This document shows, piece by piece, positions 19,607 to 28,816 of a DNA stretch of 64,000 nt; position 1 is the stretch's first letter; each line of letters starts with the position of its first letter. The notes under the pieces are model-generated. The model worked only from the letters and a program-made list of their open reading frames with translations. It ran no database searches and had not been told where the DNA came from. Source of the DNA: an uncultured Desulfatitalea sp. (lineage in GTDB: Bacteria; Desulfobacterota; Desulfobacteria; Desulfobacterales; Desulfosarcinaceae); assembly GCA_963668675.2 (NCBI GenBank), contig CAXXMB010000002.1, positions 1,888,001-1,952,000 of the forward strand, written 5' to 3'. The translations under genes were made by a program, and so were the position numbers.

Positions 19607-20867
19607 CCCGGTTCTCTATGAAGCTTACGTATTGAAATTACAGGCCCTTCAGGGATTACTTTCCATCCAACAAGTCTCGACCGTCACGCTTCCATCCGCA
19701 CTCTTTGATGAGGCAGCCATTTGCCCCGGTGCATGGAAATTTCCGGTGGCAGGGGCTGCAATCTTTAGCACGCAATCAATGATTTGTCGGTTGCAGCCGA
19801 CCGTTGCTGCTTCACTGCCGCAGTCCCCTGGAGGAGACGTTGGAGCTCTAAATTCTTCTTTCCCCCCAACCCCACCCTCGGGCTCTCCCCTCAGGTGGCT
19901 TTTTTGTATACCTTGCTGTAAAACGGTTCGTAGTCCTGTTCGCTAACCCACAATCGGTGAAGCAGCACCGATAGCTTCCGCGCCATTGCTACGGCTGCTC
20001 GCCTTTTGCCATTTTTACCTCCGCGCACCGCTATCGACAGGCCATGGCGACGAAGCTCGCTGTCTGGGCCAAACGGTTCCAGTATATACTGCGCACTGCC
20101 GACCAATAGTCGGCGCAAACATCTATTGCCCGCCTTTGTGATGGGCAGCTGTTTATCCACTCTGCCGGACTGGTCTCGCCGGGGTGTTAATCCTAAAAAT
20201 GGCCCCACTTGGCGGCTTTTGGCAAACCGCTTCTGATCCTCGATACTCAATATGTACGATAGCGCCGTAATCGGCCCTGCCCCGGGCACCTGCTGCAATC
20301 GCTGCGTCTCTGGGTATTGCTCTCGGCACAATTGATCTATCTTTTTGTCCAAATCACGGATCTGCTCGTTGATGTGGACAATGGCTTCAAAAATCGGTTC
20401 AAGGGCTGATCTTAGCTGATCGGGGACATGCTCGGCGCAGCGTTTGGCACAACTTGCGCTGCTATAAACGGGAAGTCGCTCTCCAGTAGTTTTTACCACG
20501 CCTTGGGCATGATTAATCAATCGGGTGCGACTTGACACCAATGTGTCGCGGGACTTGACCATAGCTAAATCGGCGTGGGTGCCGGCCTCTATCGCAACGG
20601 TGCTCTCTGGTTAAAGCTTGAAAAATTTAGCAGCCCCAACTTTGGTGTTGGTTACCCTGGCCACCTGCAACTCGTTGCCTTGGCTATCAAACACCACCGC
20701 TATGTGATCCTTGTCTCCCAAATCCACCCCAATTGTGATAGTGTCTTTCATGGCTGATCTCCTTGTTTTATGCAGCCCTTAGGGTGACTGCGCTTTCTTG
20801 TTTGAGCGTGATTTATCACACTTCGTTGGAGATCAGCCTTCTCATTTTATCTTCATAGAGAACCGGG
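19607..20867 (-). mobile_element. Decayed IS110-family (IS1111-like) element bounded by a perfect 17-bp inverted repeat
   Basis: cccggttctctatgaag (19607-19623) / cttcatagagaaccggg (20851-20867) enclose transposase remnants and a ~270-bp non-coding region 3' of the transposase. Confidence 0.8.
19891..20751 (-). pseudogene. IS110-family transposase pseudogene (premature stop and apparent internal deletion)
   Basis: N-terminus from 20751, MKDTITIGVDLGDKDH...KFFKL* (DEDD RuvC start). C-terminal frame 20562-19891 with VPGAGPITA, FLGLTPRRDQSG, ITKAGN, AVAMARKL. Confidence 0.88.
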
Positions 20868-20910
20868 AATTCATATTTGTCTGGAGTGTCTTGATTGAAG
20901 GAGGAAAACA

Positions 20911-21900
20911 ATGAAAACAAGAATAACTGCGTTGCTGGGGATTAAACATCCAATCATCTGTGGAGGCATGATGCGGCTTGCCTACCCGCAGCTATGTGCC
21001 GCAATATCCAATGCAGGCGGGCTTGGGAACCTTACGTCGGCCATGTATGAAGACAAACAGTCCTTTATCAATGCCATCCGTCAGGTCAGACAACTAACCG
21101 ATAACCCGTTTATTGTGAATGTAACACTGCTGCCGTCAATCGGTGTTCCTCCGAAACGGTATCAAGGCTATTTTGAAGCCATCGCCGAGGAAAAGGTCGC
21201 TGCACTCGAACTGAGCGGGACCCCCCTGCACCGGTATGAAGGCGGCATCTATTTTAACATGATAAAGAAGGCCGGTGTGAAAATTTTCCATAAGGTCGGA
21301 TCGGTCAAACATGGGCTCTCCGCGCAAAAAGCAGGATATGACGGTGTGTTTGCGGCAGGCGTCGAAGAGGGGGGGCATCCGTTGAACGAAAATGTTACAA
21401 CTATGGTTTTAACACCGAGGATGGCCGAAACGTTGGACATCCCTGTTGTCACTACAGGCGGTATCGCTAATGGAGAGACAATGGCTGCGGCCTTCTGCCT
21501 TGGCGCTGATGCTGTGATGATGGCCACCCGCTTTATCAATACCCATGAATGCCGGGTTCATCATAATGTTCATGAAGAGATGATCAAGCGGAATGAAAAT
21601 GAGACCGTCCTGTATGGCAATTCAATCGGTCTTCAGGGCAGGGCGCTACTCAACAATTCCATTAGGAGGGTTTTGGAAATAGAGGCCAGGGGCGGAGGAT
21701 TGGAAGAGATCTACCCCCATATTGCAGGCGGGCTAGGAGATAGCATATGGCAGGAGGGAAAAATGAATGAAGGCTTGGTTGCAGTGGGGCAGAGTATAGG
21801 TCTGGTTCACGATGTCCTTACTTGCCGCGAACTGATTGATCGCATGATGAGGGAGGCCGAAGTGGCTTTATCCCAAAATCTGCAACGGTTTCAGGATTGA
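20911..21900 (+). CDS. Nitronate monooxygenase / FabK-like FMN-dependent oxidoreductase
   Basis: MKTRITALLGIKHPIICGGM, AISNAGGLG, EEGGH, GGIANG, LGADAVMMATRF. Confidence 0.88.
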   Translation: MKTRITALLGIKHPIICGGMMRLAYPQLCAAISNAGGLGNLTSAMYEDKQSFINAIRQVRQLTDNPFIVNVTLLPSIGVPPKRYQGYFEAIAEEKVAALELSGTPLHRYEGGIYFNMIKKAGVKIFHKVGSVKHGLSAQKAGYDGVFAAGVEEGGHPLNENVTTMVLTPRMAETLDIPVVTTGGIANGETMAAAFCLGADAVMMATRFINTHECRVHHNVHEEMIKRNENETVLYGNSIGLQGRALLNNSIRRVLEIEARGGGLEEIYPHIAGGLGDSIWQEGKMNEGLVAVGQSIGLVHDVLTCRELIDRMMREAEVALSQNLQRFQD

Positions 21901-22108
21901 GAAAGACTGACAAAGTATTGGCGTTTGATCCGGAAATTAATCACAGTAATAAAAAAGAATCACGGACGAGGAGAAGAGAACAGGTTGGATCTCGCATCGG
22001 GACATTGGCAAGCTGATGGAGGGGCGCTACTCTATAGTAAGGATGGTTTGCAGGGACTTCAGTGAGAGGGACGTAAAAATAACTAGAAGGCTAAGTCAAT
22101 AAAATGAA

Positions 22109-22142
22109 CCCGGTTCTCATTTTATCTTCATAAAGAACCGGG
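22109..22142. repeat. 34-bp hairpin made of both ends of the 19607-20867 element (collapsed element or empty site)
   Basis: cccggttctcattttatcttcataaagaaccggg; its last 29 bp match 20839-20867 with one mismatch. Confidence 0.75.
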
Positions 22143-22369
22143 TATTATAATTTTGCATCCCGCAATAGTCCCACCACCCAAATTTGTATGATAAAGTCGA
22201 ATGCCGGTTTACCATGTTGACCAGAATGCGACATTGTGTTATTCGAAATGTGTTTCACATGATTTTTTATCAAAAATTATATTTGTTAAAATTATAATTA
22301 GTTGAATCGAGGCAATACCGAACCGTCGCAACGATTGCACTTGCTGCTCTTCAAAAATTGTTAGGCTTT

Positions 22370-22500
22370 TGCAAATGGAAACAGAATTTTTTCTGTTGGC
22401 CAGCGGGGCATGTCATAGCTAATCTCGGCAATTATACAGAGGACAGTTGGCGCGTAAATACCATCCATGCGGATGAGATCAATACCTGTCATCCTATAAA
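22370..22500 (-). pseudogene. Fragment of a second IS110-family transposase
   Basis: YRMTGIDLIRMDGIYAPTVLCIIAEISYDMPRWPTEK resembles the conserved 'GVDLT.IDG....AL.I.SEIG.DMSRWPTEKHF' segment of IS110 transposases. Confidence 0.65.
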
Positions 22501-22653
22501 CAGTAGTTTTTGAGAGCCAGTATAGGCCGAGACCGCAACGGATACGGTCACAACGGCTAAATTTTTTGCTCCTGCTTCGAAGTGCATAACCCATATTTAG
22601 GTAATAAAAAATTGAAGCGCAGAAAAGCAATATTCACAAAACAGGAGGATATT

Positions 22654-23850
22654 ATGAAAAGAAGCGTTTTGTTTGGGTCGATTGTGAGTTTTTTCGTTGT
22701 TATTTTGCTGGTTTTCAGTCCCGAAAGTTTTGCGCAGGAGAAAGAATTTAAATGGCCGCGGTTTCTTCGCATCGCTACACCGGGAACCGCAAGCGGCAGC
22801 TTTGCATCCTCCAATGCATGGGCACCAATGCTCCAGGGTGATACAGGAACGATGGCGAGAGTTATACCTGAAGACAGCGAACCGGGTCGATATGAGCGTC
22901 TGGCGATAAAAAAAGAGTTTGAACTTGCCTCGATTTCAACCGCTGATGCGCGTTTTTCGAGGGAGGGAATAGACGCCTATTCAACCTTGAAGGGAGCCCC
23001 CACAAGAATCGTCTGGCATCATAACGATACACCCTGGTTGTTTGTGGTCAGGGGGGATTCTAAGTTTAAAACCATTTACGATCTGAAACAAGAAGGCGTA
23101 AAGGTTTCAGTGTCCTCCCAGGCGCCCACGATGGCGCTTGCCGTTAAAAAAGCGCTTCCAGCGTTCCTGGGGTGGACACCTGAAGAGGCGGAGAAAAATT
23201 GGACATTTGTTCCTTCAGGCAGCTATGCTGAAAACTGCCGGTCGGTAACAGACGGTAGAGCCGACGTAACTTGGGTGGCACCGATTAGTTCGGTTGTAGC
23301 GGAAATGTCAGGCCATCCCAAAGGTATACGGTTTTTGGGTCAGCCTTTAGACGACAAGGAAGGCTGGGCAGGATGGCTTAAATACAGGCCCACACATATT
23401 CCCAGTAAAATTAACATGGGCGTTTCCGCTGCAATTGGTGTGGACGGTTTGACGTCCAATTTTATCTACTGGACTTACGGCGACATGAGTGAAGATACGG
23501 TTTACAACTTGGCCAAATGGCTCCATGAAAACTTCGACAAATATAAAGACTCCCATGCCCTTTGTAAAAGAATGTCAATAGTGTACTTCCGCGAGTTCCT
23601 CAATCACTGCGGTTTACCTGTTCATAAAGGCACCGTTAAGTACCTCAGGGAAATCGGAAAGTGGACGGAAGATGACGACAAGTGGAACGAGGAAGCCATA
23701 GAAAAGGAAGTTAAATGGTTTCAAGCAAGGGAAAAGGCTTTGAAAGAAGCCGATGAAAAAGGGGTAAAAATGCATTGGGAGAACGAGGAATTTCTGAAAA
23801 TTATTAAAAAGCACACCGAAGGACTTCCTATCTTTAAAACAAGGCTCTAA
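22654..23850 (+). CDS. TAXI-family TRAP transporter solute-binding protein
   Basis: Signal peptide, WPRFLRIATPG, VVRGDSKFKTIYDLK, DTVYNLAK, PVHKGTVKYLREIG. Precedes a fused TRAP permease. Confidence 0.85.
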   Translation: MKRSVLFGSIVSFFVVILLVFSPESFAQEKEFKWPRFLRIATPGTASGSFASSNAWAPMLQGDTGTMARVIPEDSEPGRYERLAIKKEFELASISTADARFSREGIDAYSTLKGAPTRIVWHHNDTPWLFVVRGDSKFKTIYDLKQEGVKVSVSSQAPTMALAVKKALPAFLGWTPEEAEKNWTFVPSGSYAENCRSVTDGRADVTWVAPISSVVAEMSGHPKGIRFLGQPLDDKEGWAGWLKYRPTHIPSKINMGVSAAIGVDGLTSNFIYWTYGDMSEDTVYNLAKWLHENFDKYKDSHALCKRMSIVYFREFLNHCGLPVHKGTVKYLREIGKWTEDDDKWNEEAIEKEVKWFQAREKALKEADEKGVKMHWENEEFLKIIKKHTEGLPIFKTRL

Positions 23851-24059
23851 GAGGATTCATAAATTCAATAACTGTGAATTAATCAGCTGGATCGTGCATA
23901 TGCGTGGTATGGTCTTGTTTAATCGGCCTGCCGCGCATATGCAACGATTTCAGAAAATTGAAGACGTTTTTAAGAACCAATTTTCAAACACAAATAGAAT
24001 CAAACAAAGATCGAAAAAATCTCTATGAAACTTTGATGAAGGCGGGTTGCGGAGGATAA

Positions 24060-26042
24060 ATGCAACAGAAAACAGATCTTGACAAATCAAGGCCGGAAAC
24101 CGGTGCAGCAGCAAAAACCGAGAAGGACAATTCGCGACTCGGTGGATTGACCAGTTGGCAAAGCATCCTTTTCATAACGCTTTCCATCATCGGATTAATA
24201 CTTGCCGTTTTTGCCATCTTTTCCTTCTCTTTCAGTGGCAGAACATTGCTCCAGGCTGAATATTACTGGCTTTTTATTGGAATTTTTACTCCGGCAGTAT
24301 ACATTGCCCTGCCTGCTCGAAAAAAATCATCAGGCGCTCCTCCCTGGTACGACCTGATCCTTGCTGCTGCTGCCTTTGTTATATGCGTCTATTTTTTCAT
24401 AAATGCCAGAGACATTGTCATCACCGGCTGGACAAACGTCCCCCTTGGCATCGTGATGTGGATTATGATGATGGAGGCTGCCCGGCGCGTGGCAGGATTG
24501 CCTTTGTTTTTTGTCATCCTGTTCATAGGGCTTTATCCGACGGTCGCTGACAAGTTTCCCGCCATGCTCGAAGGCATGCCCTATTCTTTTACCAGGACAA
24601 TCGAAATGGGGGTTTTCAGGGCCGAGGGAATGATGGGGATTACCACCAAAATTGTTGCCGAGATAATATTGGGGTTTCTTGTTTTTGCAGGCGTATTGAT
24701 CGCCACAGGTGCGGGAGATTTTTTTATAAACCTTGCAAATTCGATATTCGGTAGATTCCGCGGCGGCCCGGCAAAGGTTTCCGTTGTAGCCAGTGCTTTT
24801 TTCGGCAGCCTCAGCGGCAGCATTTTTTCCAACATTGCAGGCACTGGTTCAATCACCATAAAAACAATGAAAAAAACCGGATACCCAGCCCATTATGCAG
24901 GCGCAATCGAGGCCTGCGCATCAACGGGCGGTGTGCTCATGCCTCCGGTTATGGGAGCGATCGCCTTTGTTATGGCTGTTACGATAGGGGTGGAATACCG
25001 CGTGGTGTTGATTGCCGCGATTATCCCTTCTTTTCTTTTCTACATGGGGCTTTTGCTGCAGGTTGACGGATATGCCGCCAGAATGGGGCTGGTTGGAATG
25101 TCAAAAGATGAAGTCCCGCGGATCAGGGACGTGTTGGCCAAGGGGTGGCCTTTTCTCTCTGTGCTTCTCTTTCTTATCTGGGGCCTTCTTTATATGCGAT
25201 GGGAATTTTATGCGCCCTGGTATGCCTGCGTGCTGATGATAGTGCTTTCCTGTTTTAACAGGTCAACTTGGATGACGCCCCGAAGGCTGTTTACGACTAT
25301 TAGAGAGATCGGATATCTGATCACCCAGACATCCGCGATTATCCTGCCCATTGCCTTCGTGGTCAGCGGGCTTACCATTACCGGTGTTACCGGATCGGTC
25401 ACCTCCGGCCTCATTACACTGGGGGGAGGAAATTTATACCTCGTTCTTCTTTTCGGCGTAGGGGCATGCTTTATCATGGGAATGGCGGGACTTGCAATTG
25501 TCGCTTACATATTTCTCGCAGTAACCATGGCGCCTGCAATTATCAAACTCGGCGGGTTAAATGATATCGCCGTTCACCTTTTTATTGTTTATTACGCCAT
25601 GCTCTCCGTAATTACACCGCCTGTAGGCACCGCGGCATTTCTAGCGGCGGCAATTTCGGGGTCGTCCCCGATGAAAACCTGTTTTACGGCAATGCGTCTG
25701 GGGGTTGTGATATATTTCATACCCCTGTTTTTTATTTTCCAACCGGCGCTTGTCCTGCAGGGCAACCTGAATCATCTGATATATGTCCTGCCCTCGGTTA
25801 TGCTTGGTATCGTACTGATTTCAGCAGGTTTTGAAGGATACCTGCTGGGGGTTGGCAGGGTGAAGAAATGGGCGCAGGCACCTTTTGCTATCGCCGGTTT
25901 AGCGCTGGCCATTCCCGAACTAACTTTCACCATATTCGGTTTCGCGGCAGCCGTAGTGCTTGTTGCAATAGTATGGCTGCAAAACAGGACAATAAAAGCG
26001 GATATGGCCAAAGTAGAAGTTTCTGATACAGCGAACGTCTGA
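24060..26042 (+). CDS. TRAP transporter fused permease (4TM/12TM)
   Basis: GGPAKVSVVASAFFGSLSGS, TGSITI, AGAIEACASTGG.LMPPVMGA, ITPPVG. Confidence 0.92.
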   Translation: MQQKTDLDKSRPETGAAAKTEKDNSRLGGLTSWQSILFITLSIIGLILAVFAIFSFSFSGRTLLQAEYYWLFIGIFTPAVYIALPARKKSSGAPPWYDLILAAAAFVICVYFFINARDIVITGWTNVPLGIVMWIMMMEAARRVAGLPLFFVILFIGLYPTVADKFPAMLEGMPYSFTRTIEMGVFRAEGMMGITTKIVAEIILGFLVFAGVLIATGAGDFFINLANSIFGRFRGGPAKVSVVASAFFGSLSGSIFSNIAGTGSITIKTMKKTGYPAHYAGAIEACASTGGVLMPPVMGAIAFVMAVTIGVEYRVVLIAAIIPSFLFYMGLLLQVDGYAARMGLVGMSKDEVPRIRDVLAKGWPFLSVLLFLIWGLLYMRWEFYAPWYACVLMIVLSCFNRSTWMTPRRLFTTIREIGYLITQTSAIILPIAFVVSGLTITGVTGSVTSGLITLGGGNLYLVLLFGVGACFIMGMAGLAIVAYIFLAVTMAPAIIKLGGLNDIAVHLFIVYYAMLSVITPPVGTAAFLAAAISGSSPMKTCFTAMRLGVVIYFIPLFFIFQPALVLQGNLNHLIYVLPSVMLGIVLISAGFEGYLLGVGRVKKWAQAPFAIAGLALAIPELTFTIFGFAAAVVLVAIVWLQNRTIKADMAKVEVSDTANV

Positions 26043-26075
26043 AGCATCATTCATACAACAATATACATATAGATG

Positions 26076-26113
26076 AAAAAAGGGCGAACGCACTTATCGC
26101 GTTCGCCCTTTTT
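26076..26113. terminator. Bidirectional rho-independent terminator
   Basis: aaaaaagggcgaacgc-acttatc-gcgttcgcccttttt between convergent genes. Confidence 0.85.
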
Positions 26114-26124
26114 GCGCCTTTTTT

Positions 26125-27816
26125 CTAATCTCCCTTGTGCTCGCCTTTTTGTACTTCCTCTTCAACTAAAACCCTGCGAAGTATTTTACCTGCTGCTGTT
26201 TGAGGCAGTATTGTTCTGAATTCGATCTCTTTTGGCACCTTGTATGCGGTCAATTTTTCCCTGCAAAAAGCGACTATCTCTTCTGCTGAGACATCCGCCC
26301 CTTCCACTGGTACGACAAAAGCCTTTACGGTTTCGCCCCTGTATGCATCCGGGATCCCAACGGTTGCAGCGTCTTTAACTTTGGGGTGACGATACAAAAC
26401 TTCGTCAACCTCGCGCGGATAGATATTGAAACCGCCGGCGATGATCATGTCTTTTTTGCGGTCAACGATAAAAAGAAACCCGTCTTCGTCCTGTACAACG
26501 ATATCGCCGGTATGAAGCCATCCGTCAACAAGCTGATTAGCGGTTTCTTCCGGGTTGTTCCAGTATCGTTTCATGACTGAGGGCCCCTTTATAAGCAGTT
26601 CACCGGATTGTCCCTGGGGAACATCGGTTACGCCATCGTTAGTATCCACAACTCGAATGTCGTTATCAGGCGCAGGTATGCCTATACTGCCGGGTTTGTT
26701 TTTTCCAAGCACGGGGTTGACCACGCCAATGCCCGCTGTTTCCGTCATTCCCCAGCCCTCGGTGATAAAAATACCCATGTCCCGAATTCTTTCTAAAAGT
26801 TCCACTGGCGTAGGAGCCGCCCCCACGTTAATTATTTTGATCTTTCTCCCCAAATCGACCTCCCCGATCCGGGGATGATTGGTGATAGCGGAAAGCATGG
26901 TGTAGACAGCTGGGAAATAGGTTATTTCATCAATCTTCAAAAGCAAATCTATAAGTTCATTCATGTCAAAGCGCGGTACCAGGACCATCGTCATGGCGTT
27001 GAAAAGAGACCAGTTAGCAATCAGGTTGCCATAGATGTGATAAAGTGGGATGATGATAAGCGCAGATCGGCGCTCGGGCGCAATAAATTGAAGAATCGGC
27101 TGCATGCGCGGTGAAGTCTGCATAACTGCTGCCACCAGATTGGCATGGGTCAAAACGACACCCTTGGGTATGCCGGTTGTTCCCCCGGTAAACTGAATTA
27201 CAGCTGGATCTTCCGTATCTACCTGCACGCGCGGTCTTTTTGTATCACTGCAATTTTCGAGCAGGGATTTAAAATGATACCAGTCGGGGGCAGTTTCCGG
27301 AATCTCCTTCGTTTTGTTCTGCCCTGCGTAATCCATTCGGTTCGCAAGGATTACAATGGACAGCGAGGAAACTTCACGGCAAATCTCACGTATGAGGGGA
27401 GCGTTTTCATCCAATGTAAAAATAGCGGACAGACTGGTATTATCCGCCATCATTGAAAGCTCCTCCTGTGTGTAGGCCGGGTTCAGGTTGACGACTATGC
27501 CCCCCAGTGAAAGCGTAGCATAGTATGCAATAAGATACTGCGGACAATTTGGCAGCTGGATGCCCACTCGATCCCCTTTTTCTACCCCGATAGCAGACAG
27601 TGCATTGGCCATCCTGAAAACCATGTCACGATATTCCCGAAAGGTAATTTCATTGCCTTCATAGTAAATTGCGGTTTTATCAGGAAGTGCGTTGGCCGGA
27701 ATTTGCAGTAGGTCGTGGACTGCTATATGGGGATAGCGAATGGTTGTCGGTGCGGTGTAATCGTAATGCCTGTGCCAGTGTTTTTCCACCATTTTGTACT
27801 CTCTTTCTGTTTTCAC
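26125..27816 (-). CDS. Long-chain fatty acid-CoA ligase (AMP-binding family)
   Basis: QFTGGTTGIPKG, EGWGMTET, GWLHTGDI, DRKKDMI, GKILRR. True start may be ATG 27792. Confidence 0.92.
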   Translation of the reverse strand: MKTEREYKMVEKHWHRHYDYTAPTTIRYPHIAVHDLLQIPANALPDKTAIYYEGNEITFREYRDMVFRMANALSAIGVEKGDRVGIQLPNCPQYLIAYYATLSLGGIVVNLNPAYTQEELSMMADNTSLSAIFTLDENAPLIREICREVSSLSIVILANRMDYAGQNKTKEIPETAPDWYHFKSLLENCSDTKRPRVQVDTEDPAVIQFTGGTTGIPKGVVLTHANLVAAVMQTSPRMQPILQFIAPERRSALIIIPLYHIYGNLIANWSLFNAMTMVLVPRFDMNELIDLLLKIDEITYFPAVYTMLSAITNHPRIGEVDLGRKIKIINVGAAPTPVELLERIRDMGIFITEGWGMTETAGIGVVNPVLGKNKPGSIGIPAPDNDIRVVDTNDGVTDVPQGQSGELLIKGPSVMKRYWNNPEETANQLVDGWLHTGDIVVQDEDGFLFIVDRKKDMIIAGGFNIYPREVDEVLYRHPKVKDAATVGIPDAYRGETVKAFVVPVEGADVSAEEIVAFCREKLTAYKVPKEIEFRTILPQTAAGKILRRVLVEEEVQKGEHKGD

Positions 27817-27961
27817 CCAGTTCAGCTTTCGGGGTTATCAGTTTAAAAAGCCCATATTAAAATTATGGGCACTACAAACAAGGCCCTTTGACAACGAAAT
27901 AGCCAGCAAAATATGCCCTGGTATTGTTAACGATTCGGTCTATAGTGGTCAACAATAATCG

Positions 27962-28126
27962 GACGCAAAACGAGCAAGGTATTACACCCGCAATTTAGAA
28001 ACCAAGGCAAGAACGGTCAAACTCAAGGTTTCCAAGCTGCGTACCTTGACCTTTGAGAAGGCTATTATTGAACGATACCGTCGGCGGGAAAGTTCAGTCG
28101 AAGAAGCGCTGCTCGAGATGTATCTT
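27962..28126 (+). pseudogene. IS256-family transposase fragment
   Basis: Translates as ...YYTRNLETKARTVKLKVSKLRTLTFEKAIIERYRRRESSVEEALLEMYL, the hallmark IS256 segment; no flanking ORF. Confidence 0.8.
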
Positions 28127-28207
28127 GATATCCCCCTGTTTCACCAGGCACCGTCGACTTGACCTGGTAATTATTTTACTTGACCAATCTGTTTATCAAA
28201 CCCATAA

Positions 28208-28227
28208 GTAAGTTAGAACTCACTTAC
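28208..28227. promoter_or_regulatory. Near-palindromic operator upstream of the TetR pseudogene; second copy at 28751-28770 upstream of the acyl-CoA dehydrogenase
   Basis: gtaagttagaactcacttac and gttagtgagatttcacttat. Confidence 0.6.
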
Positions 28228-28244
28228 ATTCCAACAAAAATACT

Positions 28245-28695
28245 ATGAAACAATCCTCGAAAAGGCTTTCGGCGGAAGAAAGAAATAAGATTACCCGGTT
28301 CTCTATTAAACTTAAGTTTGGGTTAAGGTGTGACCGGGAAATCTAAATTCCTTGTCAACCCTAAAGAATATTGGGACGGCATATTACCATCGAATGAAAG
28401 ACCATCCAGACGAATAAAAGTCCAGTTCCAGGCAATTTCTGAGATTGATGATGAGGATATTGCCAATCAATTGCGGCAGGACCATATCAGACATATTGGA
28501 TATTTAGAATTTATACTGAAAAAAGGCGTCAGGGAGGGTAGTATCAGTTCTATCATTGATGCGAGAGGATATGCATTCCTATTTAATGGAGCGGCGATTA
28601 CTCTGAATATGTTGCAGTTGTTAGCCCTCAATATCGAGTTTATCGATAATCATATTGATCAATTCCTGGACCAATATCGCGAATTAGTTACGTAG
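28245..28695 (+). pseudogene. TetR-family regulator with the HTH lost
   Basis: N-terminus MKQSSKRLSAEERNKI breaks at the cccggttctctat motif (28294). A TetR-C-like domain (LEFILKKGVREGSISSIIDARGYAFLF) continues in another frame. Confidence 0.6.
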
Positions 28696-28816
28696 TGTTT
28701 TCGAATCATTGTGAATCAATAGCTGACGAGCATAAATTAACGATGGTTTTGTTAGTGAGATTTCACTTATAATTACTGTTTAAGAATTAGTTTGAAGTCA
28801 AAAAAGGAGGAGAAAT

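Noticed and set aside
21910..22050. Possible degraded AMP-binding enzyme fragment (GWISHRDIGKL resembling GW.HTGDIG.L)
   Set aside because: Too short and degenerate to support without a search.
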